DNA of 46,368 bases, from UHGV virus genome UHGV-0217156; one strand, given 5' to 3'. Numbering within the stretch: position 1 is the stretch's first letter; each line of letters opens with the position of its first letter. Under the pieces are notes generated by a model. That model was not told the DNA's origin and ran no database searches. It was given only the letters and a program-made list of their open reading frames with translations. The position numbers and the translations under genes were made by a program. Positions 23,780-34,232 of the stretch are shown piece by piece. The DNA comes from a virus.

Positions 23780-25624
23780 ATGAGCCAGAGAAGCCGGTCG
23801 AAAATAAAAACAAAGAAATTATTTAAACGAGTTATACGGCATACGCTGGCAAAGCCGGAGGAGCTTACGGTCAGCCAGTGGGCGGAAAAATACCGTGTAT
23901 TGGATGATTCCAGTAATATTTCAGGAAAGTGGTCGAATAGTGTGACGCCCTATCTGGTGGGGATCATGGATGCGATCAATGACCCTTATATACGCGAGAT
24001 TTATTTCTGCAAATCCTCACAGATCGGCGGTACGGAGGCTCTTATCAATATTTTATGCTACCTTATCATGGAGCAGCCGGCCCCTACGATGATCGTTTAT
24101 CCTTCTGATGATCTGGCTAAGGATATCTCAAATGATAAATTAAAACCGGCGTTCCGGCTGATTCCGGAAATACGGAAAGTGTTTTTTGAGAACAGCTCCA
24201 AAGAGCTGCGGTTAAAGTTCAAAACGATGGTCCTGTATCTGCGCGGCGCCGGATCGCCGGCAAAACTGGCGTCGAAAGCAATTAAATATCTGTTTTTTGA
24301 TGAGATCGACAAGATGGGCGGAGCTTCCAAGAAGGAGGCTTCGCCTTTTAACTTGGCGATGGAACGAATCAAAACCTATAAATCCCAGAGTAAAGTATAC
24401 GCCTGCTCCACGCCTACACTGGCTACAAATTATATATGGAGCCTGCACGATAATGCGGATGAAGTCCGCCATTACCTGGTACCCTGTCCGCATTGTGGAG
24501 AGATGATCGAGCTGAAATTCAGCAGCATTATATTTGAAAAAGACGAAGAAAAGAAACTCAGCCCATATGACCGCGCGAAAACAGCGGTGTATGTCTGCGA
24601 TAAATGCGGATGCATCATTGAAGACAGCGCGAAACCCGGAATGTTAAAAAAGGGGAAGTGGGTCGCAGTAAAAAAGAGGGGAGTTGGAAGACCGAAAAGC
24701 ATAGGATATTGGATCAATTCCCTTTACAGTGTGTTTGTTACCTGGGCGGATGTGGCAGAGGAGTATATAAAGTCAAAAGATGATCCTGAGCTTTTACAGA
24801 ATTTTGTTAATTCATGGCTTGCAGAACCGTGGGAAGACACAAAACTGAAAACAAGTAAGGATACGGTAATGGAGCGCCAGACGGAAATTCCAAAGCTGAT
24901 CATTCCAGACTGGGCGGAACTGCTTACGGCGGGCGTGGATGTTCAGGAAACGAGCCTGTATTATACGATCCGTGCATTTGGAGCATACACTACAAGCCAG
25001 AATATAGCCCATGGACAGGTCCTTGATTTCGCAGGGATCGAACGCATTATGGAGGGGGAATTCCGGCGGGAAGATGGAGAGAGGATGGTAGTCAATCTGG
25101 CGTTGATAGATTCCGGATATCAGGCAGATAATACATACGATTTTTGCATTGACCATTCTGATTGGGCGCTTCCATGCAAGGGCTCCAGTAATCCCATGCG
25201 GGACCGGTACAAAATCAGCAAGGTCGATAAAAGAGATTCAAAAGCCTATGGTATGCAGGTAGTCCTGGTAGATGGCGATAAATATAAGGACTCGATCGCA
25301 GCGAGGATGAAGAGGGAGAATAGCACAGGTTCCTGGATGGTATATAAAGACTGCGACGAGGAATATGCCACGCAGGTTACATCTGAACATAAAGCAATGG
25401 TGAGGGCCGCGAACGGTTCAAGAAGCCTGCGCTGGATAAAAAAACACAGCCATGGGGACAACCACTATCTGGATTGTGAGGTGTATGCGATGGCAGCAGC
25501 GGAAATAATGGGCGTTAGGGAGTTGCATCTGAAGCAACAGGAAGTTGCACCGGTACAACCCGAAAAACAAGGCAGCCATACACCGGAGGAAAAGTGGATC
25601 AGCACACAGGAAAATTGGTTATAG
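23780..25624 (+). CDS. terL: Terminase large subunit (GpA family)
   Basis: 614 aa with an internal Cys4 zinc finger (CPHCGE...CDKCGC), as in lambda gpA-type terminases. Lies upstream of a gpW-like gene and a lambda-type portal. Confidence 0.85.
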   Translation: MSQRSRSKIKTKKLFKRVIRHTLAKPEELTVSQWAEKYRVLDDSSNISGKWSNSVTPYLVGIMDAINDPYIREIYFCKSSQIGGTEALINILCYLIMEQPAPTMIVYPSDDLAKDISNDKLKPAFRLIPEIRKVFFENSSKELRLKFKTMVLYLRGAGSPAKLASKAIKYLFFDEIDKMGGASKKEASPFNLAMERIKTYKSQSKVYACSTPTLATNYIWSLHDNADEVRHYLVPCPHCGEMIELKFSSIIFEKDEEKKLSPYDRAKTAVYVCDKCGCIIEDSAKPGMLKKGKWVAVKKRGVGRPKSIGYWINSLYSVFVTWADVAEEYIKSKDDPELLQNFVNSWLAEPWEDTKLKTSKDTVMERQTEIPKLIIPDWAELLTAGVDVQETSLYYTIRAFGAYTTSQNIAHGQVLDFAGIERIMEGEFRREDGERMVVNLALIDSGYQADNTYDFCIDHSDWALPCKGSSNPMRDRYKISKVDKRDSKAYGMQVVLVDGDKYKDSIAARMKRENSTGSWMVYKDCDEEYATQVTSEHKAMVRAANGSRSLRWIKKHSHGDNHYLDCEVYAMAAAEIMGVRELHLKQQEVAPVQPEKQGSHTPEEKWISTQENWL

Positions 25625-25637
25625 AGGAGGCAGGAAG

Positions 25638-25874
25638 ATGGAAGAGGAACTGATACCGTTTGGTACTCCTCAGGAGCAGCTGGCAACGGTAAACCAGGCG
25701 ATTTATAACATTTTGGTAGGGGGACAGTCCTACCAGATTGGTTCAAGACGGCTGACAAGAGCAGATCTGGCCCGCCTACAGGACATGCAGAGTAAACTGC
25801 AGGCCCAGATCGCATCAAACGAACCAAGCGGATTATTTGCTGATACAGTAGTTGCGATATTTGAAGGGAGGTGA
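25638..25874 (+). CDS. gpW-like head-tail joining protein
   Basis: 78 aa, sitting between the GpA terminase and the portal as lambda W does. RBS GAGGAGGCAGGAAG. Confidence 0.45.
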   Translation: MEEELIPFGTPQEQLATVNQAIYNILVGGQSYQIGSRRLTRADLARLQDMQSKLQAQIASNEPSGLFADTVVAIFEGR

Positions 25875-25881
25875 ATGTACT

Positions 25882-27375
25882 GTGAACTGGCTGGATCAAA
25901 TGATTGGATTTATCTCTCCGAAGGCGGAATATGAACGGGAAGCATACCGGAAAGCATTGAAAGAGCAGCGCAGCTATGATGCGGCGGACTATGGAAGACT
26001 TAATGCGAATTGGAGAGCTTCCATTGAATCGGCAGAAATGACTGATCGGTATGGAAGGGATACGATACGGGCCAGGGCGAGAGATATGGAACGGAATTCG
26101 GATATCATGAATTCCGTGATTAGAGCCTATAAGCGAAACATATTTGGGAAGGGATACCGGCTCCGGGCGTCCACGGGGGAAGAAGAACTTAACCAGAAGA
26201 TTGAACACTACTGGCGGATCTGGTGCAAGAAGCAGAACTGTGACGTGACCGGAACCCAAAGCTTTAATGCCATGATGCGGATGGCAATACAGAGAAAGAA
26301 AGTAGATGGAGGGATCCTGATCCTAAAGCGCTATACAGGAGGCGGGCTTGTACCTTTTAAGCTACAGGCTTTGGAAGTGGACGAACTGGATCTGACATCT
26401 GTTGCTCCGAGACATCAGGGGAATAAGGTGGCCGGAGGAATCGAATATGATCCATACAATAAACCGGTGGGATACTGGATCCGACAATATAGCATTGACG
26501 GTATGGACGCAGTGGAGCCTACATACATCGAAGCCAAGGATGTTATTTTTTTCTACACTAAAAATCGCCCATCTCAGATTCGGGAAATATCAGATATGAC
26601 TCCGACAATGATCCGCATCCGAGATGTAAATGAGTTTATGCGTGCGGTCAGTGTGAAAGAACGGATTCTGGCGTGTTTATCCGCTTTTATCAAACGTGCT
26701 CTGCCACAATCGGGAATCGGGAGGTATGGTGGGGGAGGAACGGGCGCCAATGCAGGAACGGATGAACGGTATCAGGGGAAAACCTTGACACCTGGAATGA
26801 TACAGTATCTGAACCCGGGAGATGAGGTCCAGGTGGTCAATCCGAGCGGACAGGCTACGGATGCGACTGCTTATATGAAACAGGAGATCCGGTTGGTGGG
26901 AGCCGGACAGGGGCTGAGCTACGAAACTATAAGCCGTGATATGTCAGAGAGCAATTACAGCTCAGCCAGACAGGGCATGATCGAAGATGATCTGACGTAT
27001 GAAGAAGACAAGGAGCAGCTCCTGGAGATTATGGATGAAATTTATGAGAGCTTTGTTATTTCTCTGGTATTGGCCGGAAAAGTATCTATTTCCGATTTTT
27101 GGGGAGAAAAGAAGGAAGTTTATCTGTCCCACAGCTGGATACAGGCACCGAAGAGGTGGATCGATCCGCTAAAAGAAGCAAATGCAAATAGGACAGCGCT
27201 TAATACCGGTCAAAAGACCTGGGCGGATATGGCAGCAGAAAACGGAAAAGATTGGAAGGAACAGGTAGACGAAATTGCCGAAATTATGGAATATGGCATG
27301 AAAAAAGGAATTGATATGGGAGGTGTGATCTTTGGACAATCAATCAAAACAGACACAAATGAGAGGAAGCCTTGA
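25882..27375 (+). CDS. Portal protein (lambda family)
   Basis: ~500 aa. GTG start after GGGAGGTG; the ORF track lists an earlier TTG at 25852. Position and size fit a lambda-type portal. Confidence 0.8.
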   Translation: MNWLDQMIGFISPKAEYEREAYRKALKEQRSYDAADYGRLNANWRASIESAEMTDRYGRDTIRARARDMERNSDIMNSVIRAYKRNIFGKGYRLRASTGEEELNQKIEHYWRIWCKKQNCDVTGTQSFNAMMRMAIQRKKVDGGILILKRYTGGGLVPFKLQALEVDELDLTSVAPRHQGNKVAGGIEYDPYNKPVGYWIRQYSIDGMDAVEPTYIEAKDVIFFYTKNRPSQIREISDMTPTMIRIRDVNEFMRAVSVKERILACLSAFIKRALPQSGIGRYGGGGTGANAGTDERYQGKTLTPGMIQYLNPGDEVQVVNPSGQATDATAYMKQEIRLVGAGQGLSYETISRDMSESNYSSARQGMIEDDLTYEEDKEQLLEIMDEIYESFVISLVLAGKVSISDFWGEKKEVYLSHSWIQAPKRWIDPLKEANANRTALNTGQKTWADMAAENGKDWKEQVDEIAEIMEYGMKKGIDMGGVIFGQSIKTDTNERKP

Positions 27376-27931
27376 CCGTTTCTGTGTTTCAGGGTCGATC
27401 CGGGCGGTTGAGGGAGAGGAACGGGTAGTTGAGCTTTCTTTCTCATCAGAAGAACCATACAGTCGGTGGTGGGGAGTCGAGATTCTGGACCATACAGAAG
27501 GGTGTATGGATTTGACGCGGTTGAACGAGATCGGCTGTGTTCTGTTTAATCATAAAAGGGATCAGGTGATTGGGCAGGTACTGAAAGCCTGGAACGAAAA
27601 CGCTAGGGGAATAGCCCAAATACGTTTCGATGAAGATGAGGCATCGGATGTAATCTACAAGAAAGTACAGTCGGGAACCTTAAAGGGAGTTTCGGTTGGG
27701 TATCTGGTAGATTCCTGGGAAGAGGTAATGCCCGGAAAGAAATCGGCAGACGGGCGCTTTCTGGGGCCTTGTGAGATCGCAAAGAAATGGACACCCTATG
27801 AAATTTCGATTGTTTCTGTCCCTGCGGATCCGACGGTAGGAGTAGGCAGAGAGATGGAAGGACATTCCGGGAGGACGAGAGAATATTTTGAAACACAGTT
27901 AAAATTGAATTTTGGCAGATATGGAAGGTAA
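27332..27931 (+). CDS. Prohead maturation protease (HK97-type)
   Basis: Between the portal and the major capsid. GSLDRFCVSGS...FNHKRDQVIGQ...GVSVGY pattern. The start is TTG at 27332 or ATG at 27359. Confidence 0.65.
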   Translation: MDNQSKQTQMRGSLDRFCVSGSIRAVEGEERVVELSFSSEEPYSRWWGVEILDHTEGCMDLTRLNEIGCVLFNHKRDQVIGQVLKAWNENARGIAQIRFDEDEASDVIYKKVQSGTLKGVSVGYLVDSWEEVMPGKKSADGRFLGPCEIAKKWTPYEISIVSVPADPTVGVGREMEGHSGRTREYFETQLKLNFGRYGR

Positions 27932-27988
27932 TCAGAGCGCTGTTTGAAGGCGCTCTTTTTGCATACAAAAATACAGGAGGTATAGAAA

Positions 27989-29512
27989 GTGAACAGAAAA
28001 GACCAGATTATGCGGCGGCAGCAGGAACTTCTGACCGCGGCAAGAAATGAACAGAGAAATCTGACAGAGGAAGAACAGGCAGAGTTCGACAATCTGCAGA
28101 GGGAGCTGGAAGCACTACCAGATGATAGTAGTTCCGCAGGGGCTCAAACATCCGGGCAGAGGGATATGGGGGCAGGAATGGATGGAAAAAGTACGGAAAC
28201 ACCTGCTCAGGCAGCACAGAGGGCAGTGGCACAGGAGCGCCAGAGGATTGCAGACATTACGGCTCTGTGCCGGAATTTCGGCCTTTCTCCGGACGATTTC
28301 ATTTCCCGTGGGTATGATATGGACCGTACCAGACAGGAAATACTGGAACAGCTGCAGCGCACAGGTGCACCGGTCAGCGCGCGTGTGACAGTGGACGAAC
28401 AGGACAAGTTTCGCGAAGCGGCTTCGGATGGACTGATGCTCCGGGCTGGGGTGACGGTGGAACGGCCGGCAGAGGGCAGTACACAGTTTAGGGGAATGAG
28501 CCTGAGGGATCTGGCGATTGAATGCGCAGCGAGAACTGGGGAGGATACCCTGACATATCTGAGGATGGACGCCAGTGATCTATACAGTCATCTCTGCAGA
28601 CAGTTTTATAATCCAACTGCTGCTTTTCCTGCGATTTTGGATTCGACCATCCGAAAGAGCATTGTGCAGTTATATAATCAGGTTCCCACAACCTTTCAGG
28701 TATGGACAACCAAAGGCAGCCTTAGCGACTTTAAGGAAAGTCCGGATCATGAGTATGTGATTGGAGGGCTGGGAGATTTTGAAGAGGTGCCGGAAAACGG
28801 AGAAATCAAGGCCGATCTTCCGCATACCGAAAAGCTTCCGAGCCGTAAATTAAAAACGTATGGAAAGCAGTTCTCCATGACCAGGCAGGCATTCATCAAT
28901 GATGATATCGGATTCTTAACCCGGGTTCCGGGCCTGTATGCAACAAAGGCCAAAATGACGATTGACAAGCAGGTTTATTCGCTCCTGTACAAAAACGAGA
29001 AGGTATGGGACGGGAAACCACTGTTTGACGCATCTCATGCAAACCTTATCGGAAACGGGACCAAACCCTCTCAGGTTTCCATCCAGCAGATCATTCTTCA
29101 GATGCAGAAGCAGAAGGATCCGTTTGGGGATGCGATCTATGTAACACCCCGTTGGATCATTGTCCCTGTAGGATACGAATTCGATCTGGCAGTTATTCTT
29201 CATTCTGCTCAGGTCACGGGATCTGCCAATAACGATATTAACCCCCTGTACAATTATCCACTTAATGTTGTACAGACTCCGGTGCTTAACGCATTGGCGG
29301 GGGAAAAGGCTGCCCCATGGTTTATGGCGGCAGATCCGATGAGTGCGAGATCCATTCAGGTAGATTATCTGAATGGTCAGGAAACCCCGATTGTACGGCG
29401 CATGGAAGCACCTGGCGTATTAGGGTTTACCTGGGATATTTATACAGACTGGGGAATTGCAGTGCGGGATTTCCGGGGAATCGCAAAGAATCCGGGAGCA
29501 GTAATTGAGTAA
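27989..29512 (+). CDS. Major capsid protein (HK97 fold, N-terminal coiled-coil delta/scaffold region)
   Basis: GTG start after CAGGAGGT. 507 aa. Position follows the protease. Confidence 0.7.
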   Translation: MNRKDQIMRRQQELLTAARNEQRNLTEEEQAEFDNLQRELEALPDDSSSAGAQTSGQRDMGAGMDGKSTETPAQAAQRAVAQERQRIADITALCRNFGLSPDDFISRGYDMDRTRQEILEQLQRTGAPVSARVTVDEQDKFREAASDGLMLRAGVTVERPAEGSTQFRGMSLRDLAIECAARTGEDTLTYLRMDASDLYSHLCRQFYNPTAAFPAILDSTIRKSIVQLYNQVPTTFQVWTTKGSLSDFKESPDHEYVIGGLGDFEEVPENGEIKADLPHTEKLPSRKLKTYGKQFSMTRQAFINDDIGFLTRVPGLYATKAKMTIDKQVYSLLYKNEKVWDGKPLFDASHANLIGNGTKPSQVSIQQIILQMQKQKDPFGDAIYVTPRWIIVPVGYEFDLAVILHSAQVTGSANNDINPLYNYPLNVVQTPVLNALAGEKAAPWFMAADPMSARSIQVDYLNGQETPIVRRMEAPGVLGFTWDIYTDWGIAVRDFRGIAKNPGAVIE

Positions 29513-29527
29513 GCAGGAGGAAAAAAG

Positions 29528-29920
29528 ATGAAGGCAGAATATGTACAGAGAGGCGAAATCCTGGACTACACCAACCAGACCGGAAAAACGATTGAGGCAG
29601 GAGAAGTAGTTGTATTCGGAAACAGGATCGCAGTCGCAGGAACAACCATTTTAGAAGGGGAAATAGGAACACTCCATATGACAGGAGTATATAGAGTGCC
29701 CAAAAAAGCCAGTGAAGCAATCGAAGCAGGAGCTGATGTATATTATACGGATGCCGGCTTTTCTGCTGTAGCCGCTGTAATGGCAGCAGCTACAGCAGGA
29801 CGGGCAAAAGCAGGAGAAGCGGAGGTTGCAGAAAAAGCAGCTGCACCTAAAAATGCAGTGGGTTATGCAGTGAGAAAAGCAGAGGCAGATGACGCGATGG
29901 TTATTGTTAATCTGAAGTAG
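29528..29920 (+). CDS. Head decoration-like protein (DUF2190-like)
   Basis: 130 aa, Ala/Gly-rich, immediately after the major capsid gene. Confidence 0.5.
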   Translation: MKAEYVQRGEILDYTNQTGKTIEAGEVVVFGNRIAVAGTTILEGEIGTLHMTGVYRVPKKASEAIEAGADVYYTDAGFSAVAAVMAAATAGRAKAGEAEVAEKAAAPKNAVGYAVRKAEADDAMVIVNLK

Positions 29921-29933
29921 GGAGGATTGGAAA

Positions 29934-30224
29934 ATGGCATATACACCACATAAATGGAGCGATGGGGAACTGATCACGGCTGAACGGTTGAACGCATTAG
30001 AAAATGGAGCAGCAGAACCGGGAGCAGCAGGCCCGAAAGGAGATAAAGGCGATCCCGGAGCAACAGGACCGAAGGGAGATCCGGGAGCAAAGGGAGCAAC
30101 GGGACCTGCCGGGAAGGGTGTTAAGAGCCTTTCGCTGACCACGAACGGAGAAGGCAAAGTAACTGGGGGAACCTTGACATTTTCAGATGATACAACAGCC
30201 CCGGTTACAGTTACAACATCATAA
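29934..30224 (+). CDS. Small collagen-like repeat protein
   Basis: Eleven G-X-Y triplets (GAAGPKGDKGDPGATGPKGDPGAKGATGPAGKG) within a 96-aa protein. Confidence 0.6.
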   Translation: MAYTPHKWSDGELITAERLNALENGAAEPGAAGPKGDKGDPGATGPKGDPGAKGATGPAGKGVKSLSLTTNGEGKVTGGTLTFSDDTTAPVTVTTS

Positions 30225-30233
30225 GGAGTGAAA

Positions 30234-30572
30234 ATGGGGAATGCATTCAAGGACATCATACGAAATGACAATGTATCGGTATTCCTTAATCCAGATGAAT
30301 TTGGAGAAATACACCTTGTAGGCGGCCGCCGGATGAACGTGATTGTGGATGATAACGAAATGATAGAACGTGAAAAGCGGCAATCCGGAATGAAGGATTA
30401 TCGGCAAGGCGTATATAAGCGCCAGATGCTTTTTTATGCCTGCGCTACGAGTTTCGGACCCTTACCGCCGGTAGGAAGAAGCCTGAGCTTTGACAACCAG
30501 CCGTATGTTATTACGGATGCTGTAGAGGAAGATGGAATCTATTCCATCAGTCTGGAGGCGATGAGATCATGA
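30234..30572 (+). CDS. Head-tail connector/adaptor protein (putative)
   Basis: Position in the head-neck module. RBS AAGGAG. Confidence 0.4.
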   Translation: MGNAFKDIIRNDNVSVFLNPDEFGEIHLVGGRRMNVIVDDNEMIEREKRQSGMKDYRQGVYKRQMLFYACATSFGPLPPVGRSLSFDNQPYVITDAVEEDGIYSISLEAMRS

Positions 30573-31162
30573 GGACGCTCATAGCGGTCGGAATCGACAC
30601 AAGGGAAGTCGATCTGATTTTTTCCCGCCTTGAAGAAAAGGGCAGCAGGGACCAGGCGTTGAAAAAAGCGCTGAATCTCACTGCCCGCCAGGCGCGGGAG
30701 CGACTGGCACAGAAAGCGCAGGAAACGTATGCAGTTAAGAAAACGAGCTTCCGGAAGGAGATAAAGATCCGGAGTGCCACAACAAACCGTATGTCAGCCA
30801 GCCTTTTAGCGTCGGGAAGAGCCAAGGAGCTGCTGGATTTTAAAGTTTCTCCGGCAACGGTGCAAAAAGGAAACAAACGTCCAAAGATAACGAAGGGAAA
30901 GGTTTTAAAAAGAAGCCCCATGAAAAAGCTGCAAATAGGGGAACTAAAAGCGTTTGTTGTACGTTTTTCTAATGGCCATAAGGCAGTCGCACAGAGACGC
31001 AGTAAACAACGGTATCCGATCAAAAATCTGCTAAGCCCATCGATCCCCGTGATGTTGGGAAATGCCAGAAGGGTGTATGGCATAGTTGAGCCATATATTC
31101 AGGATGATCTGGAACGGAATTTAGAACACTTTGTCAGCATGGCGCTGGAGGGAAAAAATTGA
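30569..31162 (+). CDS. Neck / head-closure protein (putative)
   Basis: Basic 197-aa protein in the neck module. Confidence 0.4.
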   Translation: MRTLIAVGIDTREVDLIFSRLEEKGSRDQALKKALNLTARQARERLAQKAQETYAVKKTSFRKEIKIRSATTNRMSASLLASGRAKELLDFKVSPATVQKGNKRPKITKGKVLKRSPMKKLQIGELKAFVVRFSNGHKAVAQRRSKQRYPIKNLLSPSIPVMLGNARRVYGIVEPYIQDDLERNLEHFVSMALEGKN

Positions 31163-31659
31163 CAGTAAATGAATTGCAGAAATGCCTGATTAAAGAGATT
31201 GAACAGATCACAAAAGAAATGTCTTTTCTGGACTGTGAAAGAAATCCGGCATCCATGAAGGGATACTCACAGGCCATTCCTATATTTTCTGTGTTCCGGG
31301 AAACGGACAGCATAGACAAGGAGCCTTTGGGAGAGGACAGCCTGTTTCCATATTTTGTTGTCCGGGCAGACAGCGTTGAGTATCAGGCAGACGATAAAGA
31401 CGGGCAAGGGAACCGGGTCCGGATCATGATCGTGTTTGCAGTGATGGACGAAGATCCGGATATGAACGGATATTGCACACTGACTGCGGCAGTGGAACGA
31501 GTCATAGAACGATTTCAGAGAAATCAATCTCTGGAAGCGTTCTGGTGCAGCCGCCGGATGAATGTGGCTTATCAGGAAGATGATACATTTCCGCATTTTT
31601 TTGCAGGGATAGAAATGATCTGGTATATACCGGAAATTGAACAGGAGGAAATGTGGTGA
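31159..31659 (+). CDS. Tail completion / neck protein (putative)
   Basis: Position immediately before the sheath gene. Confidence 0.4.
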   Translation: MTVNELQKCLIKEIEQITKEMSFLDCERNPASMKGYSQAIPIFSVFRETDSIDKEPLGEDSLFPYFVVRADSVEYQADDKDGQGNRVRIMIVFAVMDEDPDMNGYCTLTAAVERVIERFQRNQSLEAFWCSRRMNVAYQEDDTFPHFFAGIEMIWYIPEIEQEEMW

Positions 31660-31895
31660 TGAAACAGACGATGGTTTATATTGGCCCGTCCATCGGCCAT
31701 TTGGTGCAGACTGGTACTGCGTTTAAAGGTGGCTATCCGCCCAGGATGGAAGCGGCTTTGAAAAGAGAACCCTTTTTAAATGATTTGATGATTCCGGTTG
31801 AGCAGCTGTCTGAAGCACGAAAAGAGCTGCGAAATCCGGAGAGCGGCCTGGCGGCATTGTACCGTCGGGCAGAAGGAGGAAAGCATGGCATATAA
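31653..31895 (+). CDS. Small hypothetical protein
   Basis: 80-aa ORF overlapping its neighbours. Confidence 0.3.
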   Translation: MVMKQTMVYIGPSIGHLVQTGTAFKGGYPPRMEAALKREPFLNDLMIPVEQLSEARKELRNPESGLAALYRRAEGGKHGI

Positions 31896-33390
31896 GCATG
31901 GAATTGAAGTAACGGAAAAAGCAACTTCTGTACGCAGCCCTTTATCTACCCGGTACGGCGTACAGGTGATTTTTGGAACGGCACCGGTAAACCTGGCAAA
32001 GGATCCGGCAGCCACAGTAAACAGGCCGATCAAAGCGGACACATTTGAAGAAGCACAGGAGGCATTAGGATACAGTGAGGATTGGGAACAGTATACGCTT
32101 TGTCAGGGGATGTATGCAAGCTTCCAACTGTTCCAGATTGCCCCAGTTATTTTCGTCAATGTTCTGGATCCCCAAAAGCATACGAAGGAGTTAGAGGAAA
32201 AAGAATATGCAGTGAGCAATCACCGGGCGGTAGTTGATATTTTGGGTGTCCTGAAAGATACGGTGACAGTAACGGCGAAAATGGAATCACGGGTTGGAGC
32301 GGCTTCTGTAGGGGTGGCTGTTGCATCGGGAGGATCGGTTGAACTGGAGGAAGACAAGGATTACATCCTGGATTTTGATGATTATGGACGTCTTGCAGTC
32401 ACTCTTTTAAGCACGGGCGCAGCATACAGTGCAGTGGGGGTTACTGTAACAGGAAACGTGCTGGCTCCGGAAAAAGTAACAGAAGAAGACCTCATCGGTG
32501 CATATGATGTGGAACATGGAACGGAAAGCGGAATGGAAGTGCTGCGCCAGGTATATCCGAAATACGGGCTGGTTCCTTCGATCCTTCTGGCTCCAGGATG
32601 GACGGAAAAGCCCAATGTGGGAGTGGCGCTTCAGGCAAAATGCCAGGACATTAACGGAGCCTTCAGAGCGGTGTGCCTATTGGACCTTGATACAAAACAG
32701 GCGCATAAGTATACAGACTGTATCAAGGTAAAGGAACAGATGGGATATGATGACCCTCATGCGATCGTGCTGTGGCCGAAGGTCATAACAGCAGGACGGT
32801 GTATGAGCTATTCCGCTGTGTACGGCGCCATGATGAGTTACAATACGGCAAATAACAGCGATGTACCATATCTGTATCCTTCCAACCGTGCTCTGAACGT
32901 AGAAGGAGCCGTTTTGTCAGATGGAACGGAAGTATATCTGGATCAGGTCCAGGCTGGAAATCTGAACGGAGACGGCGTGGTAACAGTATTCTGCGATCTG
33001 GAGTGGAAATCCTATGGAAACAATACAGGATGCTATCCTGCCAATACAGATCCAAAAGACAGGTGGATCGGATGCCGGAGAATGTTTGACTATGTAGCCA
33101 ATTACTTTGCGGTAGAGTACAGAAAACGTCTGGACAGCAACATGAACTGGAGGACTGTAGACGATATTGTAAACAGCTTTAATATCTGGGGCAACAGCCT
33201 GACCGCATCTGGTATGTGTGCAGGATTGTACATGGAATACCGCAGAGAAGAAAATACGGTGGAGAACATTTTAGCAGGTTACATGAAGCTTAGGATTTAT
33301 TTTGCCCCATATACACCAGCAGAGTACATCGGAGCTACTATGGAATTTGACGTTTCTACGCTGGAGAACGCAATGGCAGAGGAGGGATAA
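31885..33390 (+). CDS. Contractile tail sheath protein
   Basis: 501 aa, RBS AGGAGGAAAG, immediately followed by tube and chaperone genes in a PBSX-like arrangement. Confidence 0.7.
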   Translation: MAYKHGIEVTEKATSVRSPLSTRYGVQVIFGTAPVNLAKDPAATVNRPIKADTFEEAQEALGYSEDWEQYTLCQGMYASFQLFQIAPVIFVNVLDPQKHTKELEEKEYAVSNHRAVVDILGVLKDTVTVTAKMESRVGAASVGVAVASGGSVELEEDKDYILDFDDYGRLAVTLLSTGAAYSAVGVTVTGNVLAPEKVTEEDLIGAYDVEHGTESGMEVLRQVYPKYGLVPSILLAPGWTEKPNVGVALQAKCQDINGAFRAVCLLDLDTKQAHKYTDCIKVKEQMGYDDPHAIVLWPKVITAGRCMSYSAVYGAMMSYNTANNSDVPYLYPSNRALNVEGAVLSDGTEVYLDQVQAGNLNGDGVVTVFCDLEWKSYGNNTGCYPANTDPKDRWIGCRRMFDYVANYFAVEYRKRLDSNMNWRTVDDIVNSFNIWGNSLTASGMCAGLYMEYRREENTVENILAGYMKLRIYFAPYTPAEYIGATMEFDVSTLENAMAEEG

Positions 33391-33393
33391 AAG

Positions 33394-33909
33394 ATGTTTA
33401 AGACACATTTAGTCAATCGATACAATGTTTACAAAAGTGGCAAGCAGCTGATCGGTGTTGCGGGAGAACTGACACTCCCGGAGGTGACAAACCTGACGGA
33501 TACCATGGAAGGGGCAGGAACCGGCGGCAATATGGATATCCCGGTAATTGGCCTGTTGGATGATATGGAGATGCAGATCGGTTTTATGTCGCTGTGTGAG
33601 GACATTTTCTCGATCATGGACCCAACGGAGGCAACCGATCTGACTCTGAATGGAGCCTTGCAAGGGACAAATGCAGGAAGCGGAGCTGTGCAGTACCAGA
33701 ATGTAAGTATTTCTGTCCGCGGAATCTTAAAGCAGTTTTCGCCTGGTACTATGAAATCAGGAGGGCGTATGGATTCCAGCGTGACCCTTGGGCTGAGTTA
33801 CTATAAGATCGTTTTAGGCAATAAGACAATGCTTGAAATCGACCGTCTGAACGGAGTGTTTATCATCAACGGAAAGGACATTTTAAAAGAAGTCCGTGAT
33901 ATGTGTTAA
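33394..33909 (+). CDS. Tail tube protein
   Basis: 171 aa directly after the sheath gene. Confidence 0.65.
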   Translation: MFKTHLVNRYNVYKSGKQLIGVAGELTLPEVTNLTDTMEGAGTGGNMDIPVIGLLDDMEMQIGFMSLCEDIFSIMDPTEATDLTLNGALQGTNAGSGAVQYQNVSISVRGILKQFSPGTMKSGGRMDSSVTLGLSYYKIVLGNKTMLEIDRLNGVFIINGKDILKEVRDMC

Positions 33910-33920
33910 AGGAGGAACAT

Positions 33921-34232
33921 ATGGCAGAACAGAAAAACGATTTTTTGAAGTTGAAGCTTACAATACCTGTGGAATGGCAGGGACAGGAGATCAGGGAACT
34001 GGATCTGTCAAAACTTCGGGAAATGACAGGGGAAGAACTGAATGTGGTTTACAATCTGTATGAGACTCAGGGTGGAGAAGGACTTGTCATGCAGGAGGGA
34101 AAGCTGTTGTTCGCTCAGATCATTGCTTCCCGTATAACGGGATATCCCTTGGAAGCAATTTACAAGATCAAGGCCAAAGACAGTGTTACACTGAAGAACC
34201 GGGTATACCGTTTTTTCTTCCTTGCGGCATAG
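33921..34232 (+). CDS. Tail assembly chaperone (G-like); the frameshift-extended product (GT-like) would run to 34417
   Basis: RBS AAAGGAGGAAC. Ends 190 nt before the tape measure gene, with a slippery heptamer near its 3' end. Confidence 0.55.
   Translation: MAEQKNDFLKLKLTIPVEWQGQEIRELDLSKLREMTGEELNVVYNLYETQGGEGLVMQEGKLLFAQIIASRITGYPLEAIYKIKAKDSVTLKNRVYRFFFLAA
34211..34217 (+). promoter_or_regulatory. Programmed -1 ribosomal frameshift site T_TTT_TTC
   Basis: The heptamer is in X_XXY_YYZ register with the chaperone frame. The -1 frame stays open for 64 codons to a TGA at 34415-34417, 3 nt before the tape measure ATG. Confidence 0.45.
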
